Origin: a virus
Length of the DNA stretch: 26,578 nt
Strand: one strand, 5' to 3'
Virus record (IMG/VR): IMGVR_UViG_3300050505_000421
Coordinates: 1-26,578 of that record
Part shown: one piece after another, positions 7,497 to 14,735 of the stretch
How the letters are laid out: every line of letters begins with the position of its first letter
How positions within the stretch are numbered: the first letter of the stretch is position 1
Notes under the pieces: generated by a model
Database searches by the model: none
The model's input: the letters and a program-made list of their open reading frames with translations, nothing else
What the model was told of the DNA's origin: nothing
Made by a program: the position numbers and the translations under genes

Positions 7497-8135
7497 TTAT
7501 TTCCCTTTCGGCCACCCTTGGACAATGGCGGTTTGGATCGCGTCGAGGATACCGGCGATGATCCGATCGGCCGCCGCACTCCACGCCGCACTCGCCGCAC
7601 TCTCCGCACTCCACGCCGCACTCCTCGCCGCACTCGCCGCACTCTCCGCACTCCACGCCGCACTCCTCGCCGCGCTCCTCGCCGCACTCTCCGCCGCGGA
7701 CCATTCAGCAGGAGTAATAGTCTCCCCCGCAGCAGTGCGGTTACAAAGAGCGAGGACCGTCCTGCACACGGCAAGCACCGGTTCGTCGGTCGTGTGCGCC
7801 ATCGCTTCTTGAACGATGATACCGCGAACCACGAAATCCAGGCGGCGCCACTGCTCCGGGCTGAGCACATGCCAGCTCGCAGCGAGATCAGCGAACCGGA
7901 ACACAGTCTCCATCCAGTTCTCTTCACTCCCCGCGTCATCGATCCAAGGCGTCAGGTGCGCGAGCCACGCAGGCATGAGATCCGCGGGACAGTTCGAAGT
8001 CGAACTGCAACCAGGAACCAACGCGGCCAGAAGGCAAGCCGTTTCTCGGCCATCATCGTCCCGTCCGTTCCAACTGCCGCGTATCAAACGTCCCTCGTTC
8101 AGGAAGAGTTCAAGACGATCGCTGTAGACACTCAT
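7497..8135 (-). CDS. Hypothetical protein with Ser/Ala/Trp repeats; paralog of 1-584
   Basis: ATG 8135 after GAGGAG; MSVYSDRLELFLNEGRL... aligns with the 584 gene. Confidence 0.88.
   Translation of the reverse strand: MSVYSDRLELFLNEGRLIRGSWNGRDDDGRETACLLAALVPGCSSTSNCPADLMPAWLAHLTPWIDDAGSEENWMETVFRFADLAASWHVLSPEQWRRLDFVVRGIIVQEAMAHTTDEPVLAVCRTVLALCNRTAAGETITPAEWSAAESAARSAARSAAWSAESAASAARSAAWSAESAASAAWSAAADRIIAGILDAIQTAIVQGWPKGK
7571..7701. repeat. Imperfect 9/12-bp tandem repeats encoding SAARSAAWSAESAA
   Basis: Visible directly; same unit as 1-143. Confidence 0.9.
7864..7961. repeat. 98-bp exact direct repeat, copy 2
   Basis: Identical to 304-401. Confidence 0.95.
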
Positions 8136-8146
8136 GGTTGTCTCCT

Positions 8147-8479
8147 CTACTTTTTGAAGGGCGCTGCGATTGCAGCAGCCATCGCGAGTGCGTCGAACGC
8201 GGGCTTGCGCAGCGGGGCGGGAGGCGGCTTCGGCCCGTCCAAGCGATACACCGTGTCGCGCTTGAACGGCTTGATCTTTCCGTGCAGGTCTTCGTAGGCG
8301 AGGACGCGAGCACCACAGACCGTCGTCTCCTCGTCGAGGACGACCATCTTGTAAGCGGCGTGCGGCAGCGCCGACTCCCACCTGATCTTCCGGCAGTACT
8401 TGCCCGGCGGTTGGTCGCAGAGCGGGCAGGCGACTTCGAGCGCCTTGCGTGCGACAAGCTTGCGGCGTGCTTCACCCAT
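8147..8479 (-). CDS. Zinc-finger-like hypothetical protein (ALEVACPLCDQPPGKYC)
   Basis: ORF track; CPxC-x7-C...H; RBS AAGGAG. Confidence 0.8.
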   Translation of the reverse strand: MGEARRKLVARKALEVACPLCDQPPGKYCRKIRWESALPHAAYKMVVLDEETTVCGARVLAYEDLHGKIKPFKRDTVYRLDGPKPPPAPLRKPAFDALAMAAAIAAPFKK

Positions 8480-8505
8480 CTTGGTTCTCCTTGCTTCTTC
8501 GGAAG

Positions 8506-8727
8506 TTAGACTTCAACTGCGTCGATGATCGACGACCACTCTTCAAGACGCGCCGCTGTCTGTGCAGCGAACGTTCGCGTACGCAACCAGCGAACGCGGG
8601 TCCACCAACGCTCGGCTTCGGTCGCCGCGCCGAATGGATCTTCGGCTGCGTCCCAGGCTGCCCCTTGTGCCATCTCCTCGGCGAGCACCCAGAGATGCGC
8701 CCACTCCTTCACCACTTGCCATAGCAT
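8506..8727 (-). CDS. Trp-rich hypothetical protein
   Basis: ATG 8727 after AAAGGA. Confidence 0.65.
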   Translation of the reverse strand: MLWQVVKEWAHLWVLAEEMAQGAAWDAAEDPFGAATEAERWWTRVRWLRTRTFAAQTAARLEEWSSIIDAVEV

Positions 8728-8732
8728 GATGG

Positions 8733-9314
8733 TTATCCTTTGGGCTTCGCGGCGAACTCGGCGCGGGTCGTCAGGTCTTCCTCGTACAGTTCCGTGCATT
8801 TCGGACACCAGATGTGGTAGGGACCACCATCACAATCGTAGTCGTCCATCACGGTGCCGGTCTTCTGTTTGACCCACATCGGGATCTCGATCTCATCGCT
8901 ACCGCAATGCGGGCAGACGTACTCTTCGTCTGCAAGCACACTGGCTGCGATGTCCGCATTGACGGCATCGGCCCAAGTACGCAATGGATACACAGCCGAC
9001 CACCAACCGGTGGCCTGTTCGACCCAATAACCGTGCGCCTTGAGCACAGCGGCAAGTTGCTCCATCGCGTCGTACTGTTCGTACGAGAAGTTGCAGCGCA
9101 GCGCGAGATCCCCGCCATCGTGAACGAGGATGAGCAGGGCGCCGGTGCAACTGACATCCGCATGCCGTTCACGCCATTCCTCGGGCGTGTAGAACGCACT
9201 GCAACCACCGCCGGTCGGCTCGCGGCCCTCTTCTTTGCGGATGTGGTCAACGATCGCGTCGGCGATCTTCTTCGCCGTGCCGGTCAGGTGGCTTGTGTCG
9301 AAGTCGTTCTTCAT
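8733..9314 (-). CDS. Hypothetical protein (GGGC..FY.P.EW...HDGG domain) with C-terminal zinc ribbon
   Basis: ORF track; CPHCGS...WCPKC. Confidence 0.85.
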   Translation of the reverse strand: MKNDFDTSHLTGTAKKIADAIVDHIRKEEGREPTGGGCSAFYTPEEWRERHADVSCTGALLILVHDGGDLALRCNFSYEQYDAMEQLAAVLKAHGYWVEQATGWWSAVYPLRTWADAVNADIAASVLADEEYVCPHCGSDEIEIPMWVKQKTGTVMDDYDCDGGPYHIWCPKCTELYEEDLTTRAEFAAKPKG

Positions 9315-9508
9315 CGCTTCTTTCCCGAACGGTTGAGCACGGCTACGATCTCGTGCGCGAAGTCGTCCAGGTCCGCCGGCATCCCGATGACGTAAGGCGG
9401 GCCGTAGTTGATGACGCCTCCCTTGGAGACGCCGCTCAGGTAGGCGATCAGCACACCGTCGCGCTCGATGACGCGCCCTGCAGTCAGGGCGTAGCGAGGC
9501 TTCTTCAT
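9311..9508 (-). CDS. Hypothetical protein
   Basis: ORF track; RBS AAGGGA; ATGA coupling. Confidence 0.75.
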   Translation of the reverse strand: MKKPRYALTAGRVIERDGVLIAYLSGVSKGGVINYGPPYVIGMPADLDDFAHEIVAVLNRSGKKR

Positions 9509-9519
9509 CGGCTTGTCCC

Positions 9520-9954
9520 TTAGCGCAGCTTCTTCAGCGTGCTCAAGTTTTCAAGGGCCCAGGTGCGCAGGGCCGGGCCCTCCGCACCCGAAGAGTTGTG
9601 GCCGTCGCTCTTCCAGTACAGTTCGGCGAGGGTGGTGGGTAACGGGTGCAGCCTCTCCCACAAGTTGGGCGGTGGGTCACACGGCAACCCGTCGGCTCCG
9701 TAACTACCAGACAGGCCGAGCTTGTGTTCTCCGACACGTACCCGTCCCATCATGAAGTGCCCGAACTGCGTCATCCGTACGTAACGTACGAGGCAGCGCA
9801 ATTCACGGCGTTCGGCCGGTGGACGAAAGAAGGGCACGGTCGGATCCGTTGGCCAACCCTCGTTGCTCACGCGGTTGAACAAGATCAAAAAGGCACCGCC
9901 GGCAGTCTGCTCCCCATGGCGGTTGTAGCCGCCGTACTTCGTGTTGAGGAACAC
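9520..9954 (-). CDS. Hypothetical protein
   Basis: ORF track; GTG after GAGG. Confidence 0.8.
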   Translation of the reverse strand: MFLNTKYGGYNRHGEQTAGGAFLILFNRVSNEGWPTDPTVPFFRPPAERRELRCLVRYVRMTQFGHFMMGRVRVGEHKLGLSGSYGADGLPCDPPPNLWERLHPLPTTLAELYWKSDGHNSSGAEGPALRTWALENLSTLKKLR

Positions 9955-9957
9955 GCC

Positions 9958-10164
9958 TCACCCGCCCACGGCGCGCAGTACGGCCGAGCGCAGCGTCTCC
10001 GCCTTGAACAGGAAGTCGTCACCGGTGCGCGGATCCGTGAGCATCACGGACCAACCGGCTTCGGTCGATCCGATGGTGACCTGCCAGGACTCGGCGAGGT
10101 AGAGAAGCCACTCGTCCGTGGTGGCGTGCGCCCTCGGGCTCTCGTAACCGTAGACCTTGTTCAC
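9958..10164 (-). CDS. Hypothetical protein
   Basis: GTG 10164 after GGGGAGG, coupled to the upstream stop. Confidence 0.75.
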   Translation of the reverse strand: MNKVYGYESPRAHATTDEWLLYLAESWQVTIGSTEAGWSVMLTDPRTGDDFLFKAETLRSAVLRAVGG

Positions 10165-10421
10165 GCTGTCCTCCCCGGCCGTCCGGCCGCTGTGTAGATC
10201 GATCCGTTCCCGTCGAGGAACAGAACCCCGACCTCTTCGAACAACTGTGGCGCCTTGGCGTACTGGCGCGCGAAGTGAATCACCGAACCAGAGCTCGGGC
10301 CAACGGCCAGCACCCGGCCTCGCTTGTCTCCGAGGCGGAGGGTGAAGTGGCCTGTGAGCACGTGCCTTGGCGGCTGCTCCATCGTGAAGCGGCAGGCAGC
10401 AATCGAAAACTCGAAGTGCAT
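10161..10421 (-). CDS. Hypothetical protein
   Basis: ATG 10421 after the boundary motif. Confidence 0.75.
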   Translation of the reverse strand: MHFEFSIAACRFTMEQPPRHVLTGHFTLRLGDKRGRVLAVGPSSGSVIHFARQYAKAPQLFEEVGVLFLDGNGSIYTAAGRPGRTA

Positions 10422-10433
10422 TGGGCTCTTCTT

Positions 10434-10446
10434 CCTTGTGCTTGGA
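10434..10446 (-). promoter_or_regulatory. Gene-boundary motif TCCAAGCACAAGG
   Basis: 2 nt downstream of the tRNA-Leu CCA. Confidence 0.8.
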
Positions 10447-10448
10447 TT

Positions 10449-10539
10449 TGGTACCGGGGGAGGGAGTCGAACCCTCACAGGCCTGCAAGGGCCTGGCGAT
10501 GTTTGAGATCGCTGTGTCTTCCAGTTCCACCACCCCGGC
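10449..10539 (-). tRNA. tRNA-Leu(CAA), long variable arm, encoded CCA
   Basis: Acceptor GCCGGGG/CCCCGGT; D arm GGTGGAACTGGAAGACAC; anticodon arm GCGAT-CTCAAAC-ATCGC; variable stem CAGGCC/GGCCTG; T arm GAGGG-TTCGACT-CCCTC; ACCA end. Confidence 0.95.
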
Positions 10540-10551
10540 GTGGGTCTCGTC

Positions 10552-10626
10552 TTCTCTAAGTGCCGGCGTCCTGCTTCCCAGGATGAGGAGCAGGACGCGA
10601 GCCTAGAACAGGCGAGAAAATCGGCA
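10552..10626 (-). ncRNA. Unknown structured RNA element, copy 1 (three-way junction plus pseudoknot)
   Basis: Covaries with the copy at 14655-14728 (see findings). Confidence 0.7.
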
Positions 10627-10691
10627 GGCGGGTTCTAACTTCCCGTAGCAGTTTACCGCTTCGTGTCCATTCCTCCTAGATTCTTCGAGGG

Positions 10692-10859
10692 CTACTTGAG
10701 CACCTTCTCGAGCTCGGCTTCGAAGTCCCGCTCCCAAAGGGTGGAGCCATCGGGCCGACGCAGTGCGAAGGGACCGCCGAAGATGCGGACCTCCGGTGCC
10801 GGCTTGTACCCAAGTTCCATCAGCCATTCCATCAGCGTGTGGATGTTCACCTTGCCCAC
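10692..10859 (-). CDS. Hypothetical protein (55 aa, MGKVNIHTLMEWLMELGY...)
   Basis: Manually translated; GTG after AAGGAATAGG; below the ORF-track length cutoff. Confidence 0.75.
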   Translation of the reverse strand: MGKVNIHTLMEWLMELGYKPAPEVRIFGGPFALRRPDGSTLWERDFEAELEKVLK

Positions 10860-10863
10860 GCGC

Positions 10864-11115
10864 CTATTCCTTCAGCGCGGCGAGCAGCGCCAGCTTCTCC
10901 GCGCGGTACGGGGAGGCGAAGCCCTTCCGGCCCGTCTCGTCCTCGTAGCGGCGGATGCGGCTGAGCACGACGTGGAACGCGCCGAACCAAGCGGCCTTGG
11001 TCGCTTCCCACACCTTGCGCTCGTGGAGCGCGATGGCCTCGGCGTTCTTCCGGTTCTGCGGCAGCGTGGCGCGGGTGACGCCGGCCTGCTGCAAGGCGTA
11101 CGCGAGCGTGGTCAT
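10864..11115 (-). CDS. Hypothetical protein
   Basis: ORF track; RBS AAGGAG; strong GC3 bias. Confidence 0.85.
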   Translation of the reverse strand: MTTLAYALQQAGVTRATLPQNRKNAEAIALHERKVWEATKAAWFGAFHVVLSRIRRYEDETGRKGFASPYRAEKLALLAALKE

Positions 11116-11126
11116 GGTGTCGAACT

Positions 11127-11139
11127 CCTTCTGTTTGGA
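11127..11139 (-). promoter_or_regulatory. Gene-boundary motif variant TCCAAACAGAAGG
   Basis: Intergenic, 11 nt upstream of an ATG. Confidence 0.6.
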
Positions 11140-11157
11140 GGTTGGAAGGGTTGAAGA

Positions 11158-11367
11158 TCACGGTTTGTAGGGGCGTTCTCCGCAGTTCTCGCAACGCAAC
11201 TCTTTGTACCAGTTGACATAACCGCAGTGGAGTTGACCGCAACGCCACACCAAGCCGACGCTTTCAGCGGCGCGTTCGATTGCAGGATACTCGTCGTCCG
11301 ATGCGGCTTGGATCAGCGCGCAGTAGACTCGGTTCGCTGTCCAACGCGGCTTGCTCCTCTTTTGCAT
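11158..11367 (-). CDS. Small zinc-ribbon protein (C-x4-CG.VN...CENCG, RanBP2/NZF-like spacing)
   Basis: ATG 11367 after GAGGAG; WRCGQLHCGYVNW...CENCG. Confidence 0.75.
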   Translation of the reverse strand: MQKRSKPRWTANRVYCALIQAASDDEYPAIERAAESVGLVWRCGQLHCGYVNWYKELRCENCGERPYKP

Positions 11368-11371
11368 GTGG

Positions 11372-11650
11372 CTACTCCTCGTCCTTGCAGGATTCGTCAT
11401 CGCAGTCCGCAACTTCGACGTAGGTCCGCAGGTGCGTCGGCGATGCGTTCTCGATCTCGAGCGTGTAGAGGTCGGGCCCGCCGGCGACCGACGCCTTGGC
11501 GCCGCTCTCTTCGTCGTACTCGTAGTCGGCGAGGTGCTCTGCCTCCGCCTTGGCGGCAGCGCGCGCTACTCTCCGGTCGGCGAAGTAGTAGTTGGAGTCC
11601 GGCAGGTAGCCGCCTTCCAACCCCACTAGGACGTGACAGTGCTTCGGCAT
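11372..11650 (-). CDS. Acidic hypothetical protein
   Basis: ATG 11650 after GGGAGG. Confidence 0.8.
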   Translation of the reverse strand: MPKHCHVLVGLEGGYLPDSNYYFADRRVARAAAKAEAEHLADYEYDEESGAKASVAGGPDLYTLEIENASPTHLRTYVEVADCDDESCKDEE

Positions 11651-11853
11651 CACGACCTCCCGCGACAAGAGCAATCCTCGTACACATTGGAATCGTGGCC
11701 AGACTTCAAGATCAAGTCGAAGAATGGTACCCCTGTGAAGCGGCGAATGCGGCCCTTCGTGTCGTAGTGACCAAGGCTCCGATGCGCGTCATCGATTGCG
11801 TGCCAATGCTCTTCACGCTTCTTCCAATCCGGCTTGGTCTCTGGTGGATTCAT
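11650..11853 (-). CDS. Hypothetical protein
   Basis: ORF track; coupled at both ends. Confidence 0.7.
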   Translation of the reverse strand: MNPPETKPDWKKREEHWHAIDDAHRSLGHYDTKGRIRRFTGVPFFDLILKSGHDSNVYEDCSCRGRS

Positions 11854-12347
11854 TTGCGACTCCGCTTCACTTCGTAGGTTCCGTCGTCACGAAGCACGCA
11901 GTTCACGGCTTCGGCGATCGCATCGGCTGTGGCTGCGTCGGGGTAGCCGACCAAGTCGGGGTTCCGCTTTGCGATGTGTGCGTGGCCGCAGTTCTCACAT
12001 ACGAAAGCCTTGGCAACGCGGTGACCTGTTTGGTCGCGCACGTCTACATCTTGCACGTCCTTCCAAGCGGTCGATGGCGATCCGCAGTTGTTACAAGCCG
12101 CCTGCTCTTCGAACTCAGGTCCGCGGTTGTCGATCGTGTAGTACGAGCCGAACGATACAGCCGATTGTGCCATCTCATCGTAGGCCGCAGGCGAATCGTA
12201 GGCGATGCCTGGTCCGAAACCGATCGCGGCTGCGTACAGGTCTTCGAAGTGCCAGGTCTTCTTGTGTGCCGTGACACGGCCGGCGTAGTCGCCGCGATCA
12301 CGGTAGAAGATCTCGATCACAGCGTCACCGATGTAGCGTCGGGCCAT
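11850..12347 (-). CDS. Hypothetical protein with internal zinc ribbon
   Basis: ORF track; CNNC...CENC; RBS AGGAG. Confidence 0.85.
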   Translation of the reverse strand: MARRYIGDAVIEIFYRDRGDYAGRVTAHKKTWHFEDLYAAAIGFGPGIAYDSPAAYDEMAQSAVSFGSYYTIDNRGPEFEEQAACNNCGSPSTAWKDVQDVDVRDQTGHRVAKAFVCENCGHAHIAKRNPDLVGYPDAATADAIAEAVNCVLRDDGTYEVKRSRK

Positions 12348-12357
12348 TGGCTTTCTC

Positions 12358-12828
12358 CTACTCCGTCAGTGCGTGCGTGTCGATCCCATCCGGGATTCGA
12401 TCGTGTCGTGCCGCGAACACGCTGATGCGGTGCGACCGCTTGATCAGGCGGATGCGGTCCGCAATCGACAGGCTGCACCACGCTTCGGTTGCTTCCTCGT
12501 ACTCGAGTTCCGAGTAGCGATCGTCGTCGAGGACCGGATAGTCGGCAAGGCGGGCCTCTGCATCAAGGCCCGCCTTCTCCGCGGCAGAGCCCGGGCGAAC
12601 GATGATGATCTCAAACCACCCGCAAGCCCAGTGACCGAAGCGGTGGAGCTCGTGATCTTCGGCGTGCTCTTCGAGCAGGGCGCGCAGCGCCTCGAAGTTC
12701 GCACGGTCGAGGATTCCCGAATCGCGGTTCAGCCCGCAGGGAGCGACCAGCCAGTCCTGGCGATCGTCATCAAGGTGTGCGCCGCGCGGGTCGAACGGGG
12801 TTGGCGCGAACTTGCTGTAGCATTGCAT
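12358..12828 (-). CDS. Conserved phage hypothetical protein (RDS..L...NF / HWACGW.E / L.DYPVLD type)
   Basis: ATG 12828 after AGGAG; motif recalled from phage hypotheticals. Confidence 0.85.
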   Translation of the reverse strand: MQCYSKFAPTPFDPRGAHLDDDRQDWLVAPCGLNRDSGILDRANFEALRALLEEHAEDHELHRFGHWACGWFEIIIVRPGSAAEKAGLDAEARLADYPVLDDDRYSELEYEEATEAWCSLSIADRIRLIKRSHRISVFAARHDRIPDGIDTHALTE

Positions 12829-12838
12829 GTGGAGGCTC

Positions 12839-13141
12839 CTACCAGATGTCGGTTTCGATACACACGAACTCGTCCGGTTGCGCACCGATCCAAGCGCGGC
12901 GGATGCAATCGGCCAGGTCGTGGCTATTCCAGCGCATGAGACCGTACGTGCCTCCGTACTTCCCGTGAAAGGACAGGGTGTGGCAACCTGCGCCGGTGTT
13001 ATCGCGCCAGAAGCCGATGTGACAGTGCGCTTCGATGAGTTCGGTCAGGAGCTTGAGTGTGTCTTCCTTCCCGGCCGTTTCTTCTTTGGCACGCTCTTCG
13101 TCTAGGGCGCGCTCGCACCACTGTTTGTATGTTGGCATCAC
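12839..13141 (-). CDS. Hypothetical protein
   Basis: ORF track; RBS AGGAG. Confidence 0.8.
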   Translation of the reverse strand: MMPTYKQWCERALDEERAKEETAGKEDTLKLLTELIEAHCHIGFWRDNTGAGCHTLSFHGKYGGTYGLMRWNSHDLADCIRRAWIGAQPDEFVCIETDIW

Positions 13142-13238
13142 GGCTTCTCCTGTTGAGGCGCCTTGAAGGTAGCCAAACGGAACTTGACCAGCCCGCCTTT
13201 GCGCAGTAGACGGTGAGCTTCTTTGCCACGCGCCCTCC

Positions 13239-13541
13239 CTAATCCGCCGAGCACTTGACCACGACGTTCGCGGTCATGGCCGGGCCGTACTCCACGCACA
13301 TCGGCGAGTCGGACGGACACCACCACGTGTTGGTCGGCACGTCGACGAGGACGCAGTCCCCGTTCCCGGTCGGCACGCAGGCGTTCGGCACGGGCGCCGG
13401 CGGCGGCACCGGGTTGAGCGGCGCGTCCGGCAGCGGGACCTCGATCACGACCGGCCCGACGCAGGCGTCCGGCGAGTAGTCGCAGTTCGAGGCAGAGAGA
13501 GCCAGCGCAAAGAGCGAGGCTGCGAAGAGAAAGCGCTTCAT
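13239..13541 (-). CDS. Putative secreted/lipoprotein, Cys- and Pro-rich
   Basis: MKRFLFAASLFALALSASNC: basic N-terminus, hydrophobic core, then Cys; ATG 13541 after the boundary motif. Confidence 0.8.
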   Translation of the reverse strand: MKRFLFAASLFALALSASNCDYSPDACVGPVVIEVPLPDAPLNPVPPPAPVPNACVPTGNGDCVLVDVPTNTWWCPSDSPMCVEYGPAMTANVVVKCSAD

Positions 13542-13554
13542 CGTGTTCCTTCTT

Positions 13555-13567
13555 CCTTGTGTTTGGT
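13555..13567 (-). promoter_or_regulatory. Gene-boundary motif ACCAAACACAAGG
   Basis: 2 nt after the upstream stop. Confidence 0.8.
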
Positions 13568-13569
13568 CG

Positions 13570-13908
13570 TTAAGGAAAGCGTGTCTGTGTTCGTAGAAGG
13601 TCAAGGGCGCACTCCGTCCAACTACTCTGCCACGCCTTCCAAGCCTTTGCGGGTTCCAGTCCGTCTGCGTAGACATCCAAGGCGTGCTGCGACATCCAAA
13701 CCGCGCGGCCCTCCAAGAGCAGTTCTGTGACTGCGATCCTCTGCGCGTGCCGGAGCCCCGCGTCACTTGGGTTCGCGAGGCAAGCGAGCAACCGTGCGTC
13801 ACGGCCCCGCTCGAGGACGTCTTCGGTGCGCTCCTCGATCTCATCTAGATCGATCGCGTTCACGCAGTCCTGGCGGCCGGCGGCGCGCCAAACGTCGTAG
13901 AGGCTCAT
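13570..13908 (-). CDS. Hypothetical protein
   Basis: ATG 13908 after AGGAG, ATGA-coupled. Confidence 0.75.
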   Translation of the reverse strand: MSLYDVWRAAGRQDCVNAIDLDEIEERTEDVLERGRDARLLACLANPSDAGLRHAQRIAVTELLLEGRAVWMSQHALDVYADGLEPAKAWKAWQSSWTECALDLLRTQTRFP

Positions 13909-14114
13909 CGCAGGTTCTCCTGGCCGAGATCGCCATCGTCGTCGCACGAGCAGCACGCAGCGCCGATTGGGCTCTTGGCAGATCGCAGGCATTCCTCGTG
14001 GTCTGCGGCGATCATCAATGCGGCCCCCGGGTTTCCGCATCGGGCGCATGGCAACCGCACGAACCGGTCGTCACTCGGCAAGCCACACCAATCGCAGTCT
14101 CGGGTCGATGGCAT
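13905..14114 (-). CDS. Small Cys-rich hypothetical protein
   Basis: ORF track; CDWC, CARC, CCSC. Confidence 0.7.
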   Translation of the reverse strand: MPSTRDCDWCGLPSDDRFVRLPCARCGNPGAALMIAADHEECLRSAKSPIGAACCSCDDDGDLGQENLR

Positions 14115-14123
14115 TTGGTCCCC

Positions 14124-14252
14124 CTACCAGAACTTGACGATGAAATGTACGATCACGAACAGCCCTCCGCCAAACAGGCTCAGACCAACCACGGCAGTCA
14201 CGACAGCCCACGCAACGTCGCTCGCGGTGGCATGCGTACGGAGTCTTCGCAT
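14124..14252 (-). CDS. Small single-TM membrane protein (42 aa, ends HFIVKFW)
   Basis: Manually translated: MRRLRTHATASDVAWAVVTAVVGLSLFGGGLFVIVHFIVKFW. Confidence 0.75.
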   Translation of the reverse strand: MRRLRTHATASDVAWAVVTAVVGLSLFGGGLFVIVHFIVKFW

Positions 14253-14398
14253 TCGCTTTCTCTCTTGGTGAAACGGCCCGCCTCGGCATGCGCGCCCGGC
14301 TTGATTTTACCACCGTCCCGTTAGGCTTCATCGGAGCAAATAGCGTCCTCCACCCAACCAAACGGTCCAAGCTTTCCGGAGATCAACCCGGCAAGTCC

Positions 14399-14623
14399 CT
14401 AGCAGAGGAAGTCGCCCCACATCCGGTACCAATCCGGCTCTTGCGTGGTTCCGTCCTCCTGCGTGAAATCGTAGATGGCGCGCATGCGCCGGATCCACTC
14501 CGTCTGTGCGTCGGTCATCTTGTTGTAGTGGGCCTGTCCGCGTTCGATGACGCGGCGCACACCGGGCGGGTACTCCAGTTGATCCGGCAGCGCGGACCAG
14601 TAATTCGGCTTCGTACGCGGCAT
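14399..14623 (-). CDS. Hypothetical protein
   Basis: ORF track; follows the boundary motif. Confidence 0.8.
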   Translation of the reverse strand: MPRTKPNYWSALPDQLEYPPGVRRVIERGQAHYNKMTDAQTEWIRRMRAIYDFTQEDGTTQEPDWYRMWGDFLC

Positions 14624-14633
14624 TTCTTTTCTC

Positions 14634-14646
14634 CCTTGTGCTTGGT
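14634..14646 (-). promoter_or_regulatory. Gene-boundary motif ACCAAGCACAAGG
   Basis: Consensus copy, 10 nt upstream of an ATG. Confidence 0.8.
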
Positions 14647-14654
14647 CCTCACGT

Positions 14655-14728
14655 CCTCTAGTACCGGTGTCCTACCCGCCAGGACGGCAGGCAGGACACG
14701 GGCCTAGAACAGGCGAGGGGTATCGGTA
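14655..14728 (-). ncRNA. Unknown structured RNA element, copy 2
   Basis: Covaries with the copy at 10552-10626. Confidence 0.7.
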
Positions 14729-14735
14729 GGCAGGA

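Noticed and set aside
7497-7704. (GEC/GVEC)n N-terminal extension of ORF 6931-7704 as a metal-binding repeat
   Set aside because: It is an alternative-frame reading of the SAA repeat in the overlapping gene; the likely start is ATG 7494.
304-7961. 98-bp repeat pair as a DGR template/variable repeat
   Set aside because: The copies are identical with no adenine-specific mismatches, both lie mid-gene, and no reverse transcriptase is present in the window.
10552-10626. Canonical HDV-like (theta) or hammerhead ribozyme beside the tRNA
   Set aside because: Helix order differs from the HDV nested double pseudoknot (P1' follows the long stem), there is no CUGAUGA/GAAA core, and the element is 5' rather than 3' of the tRNA. 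Kept as an unknown RNA.
14270-14330. Twister ribozyme (GCCTAAC...AAGCC...GAGG resemblance)
   Set aside because: The required P4 stem and the two pseudoknot pairings could not be built.
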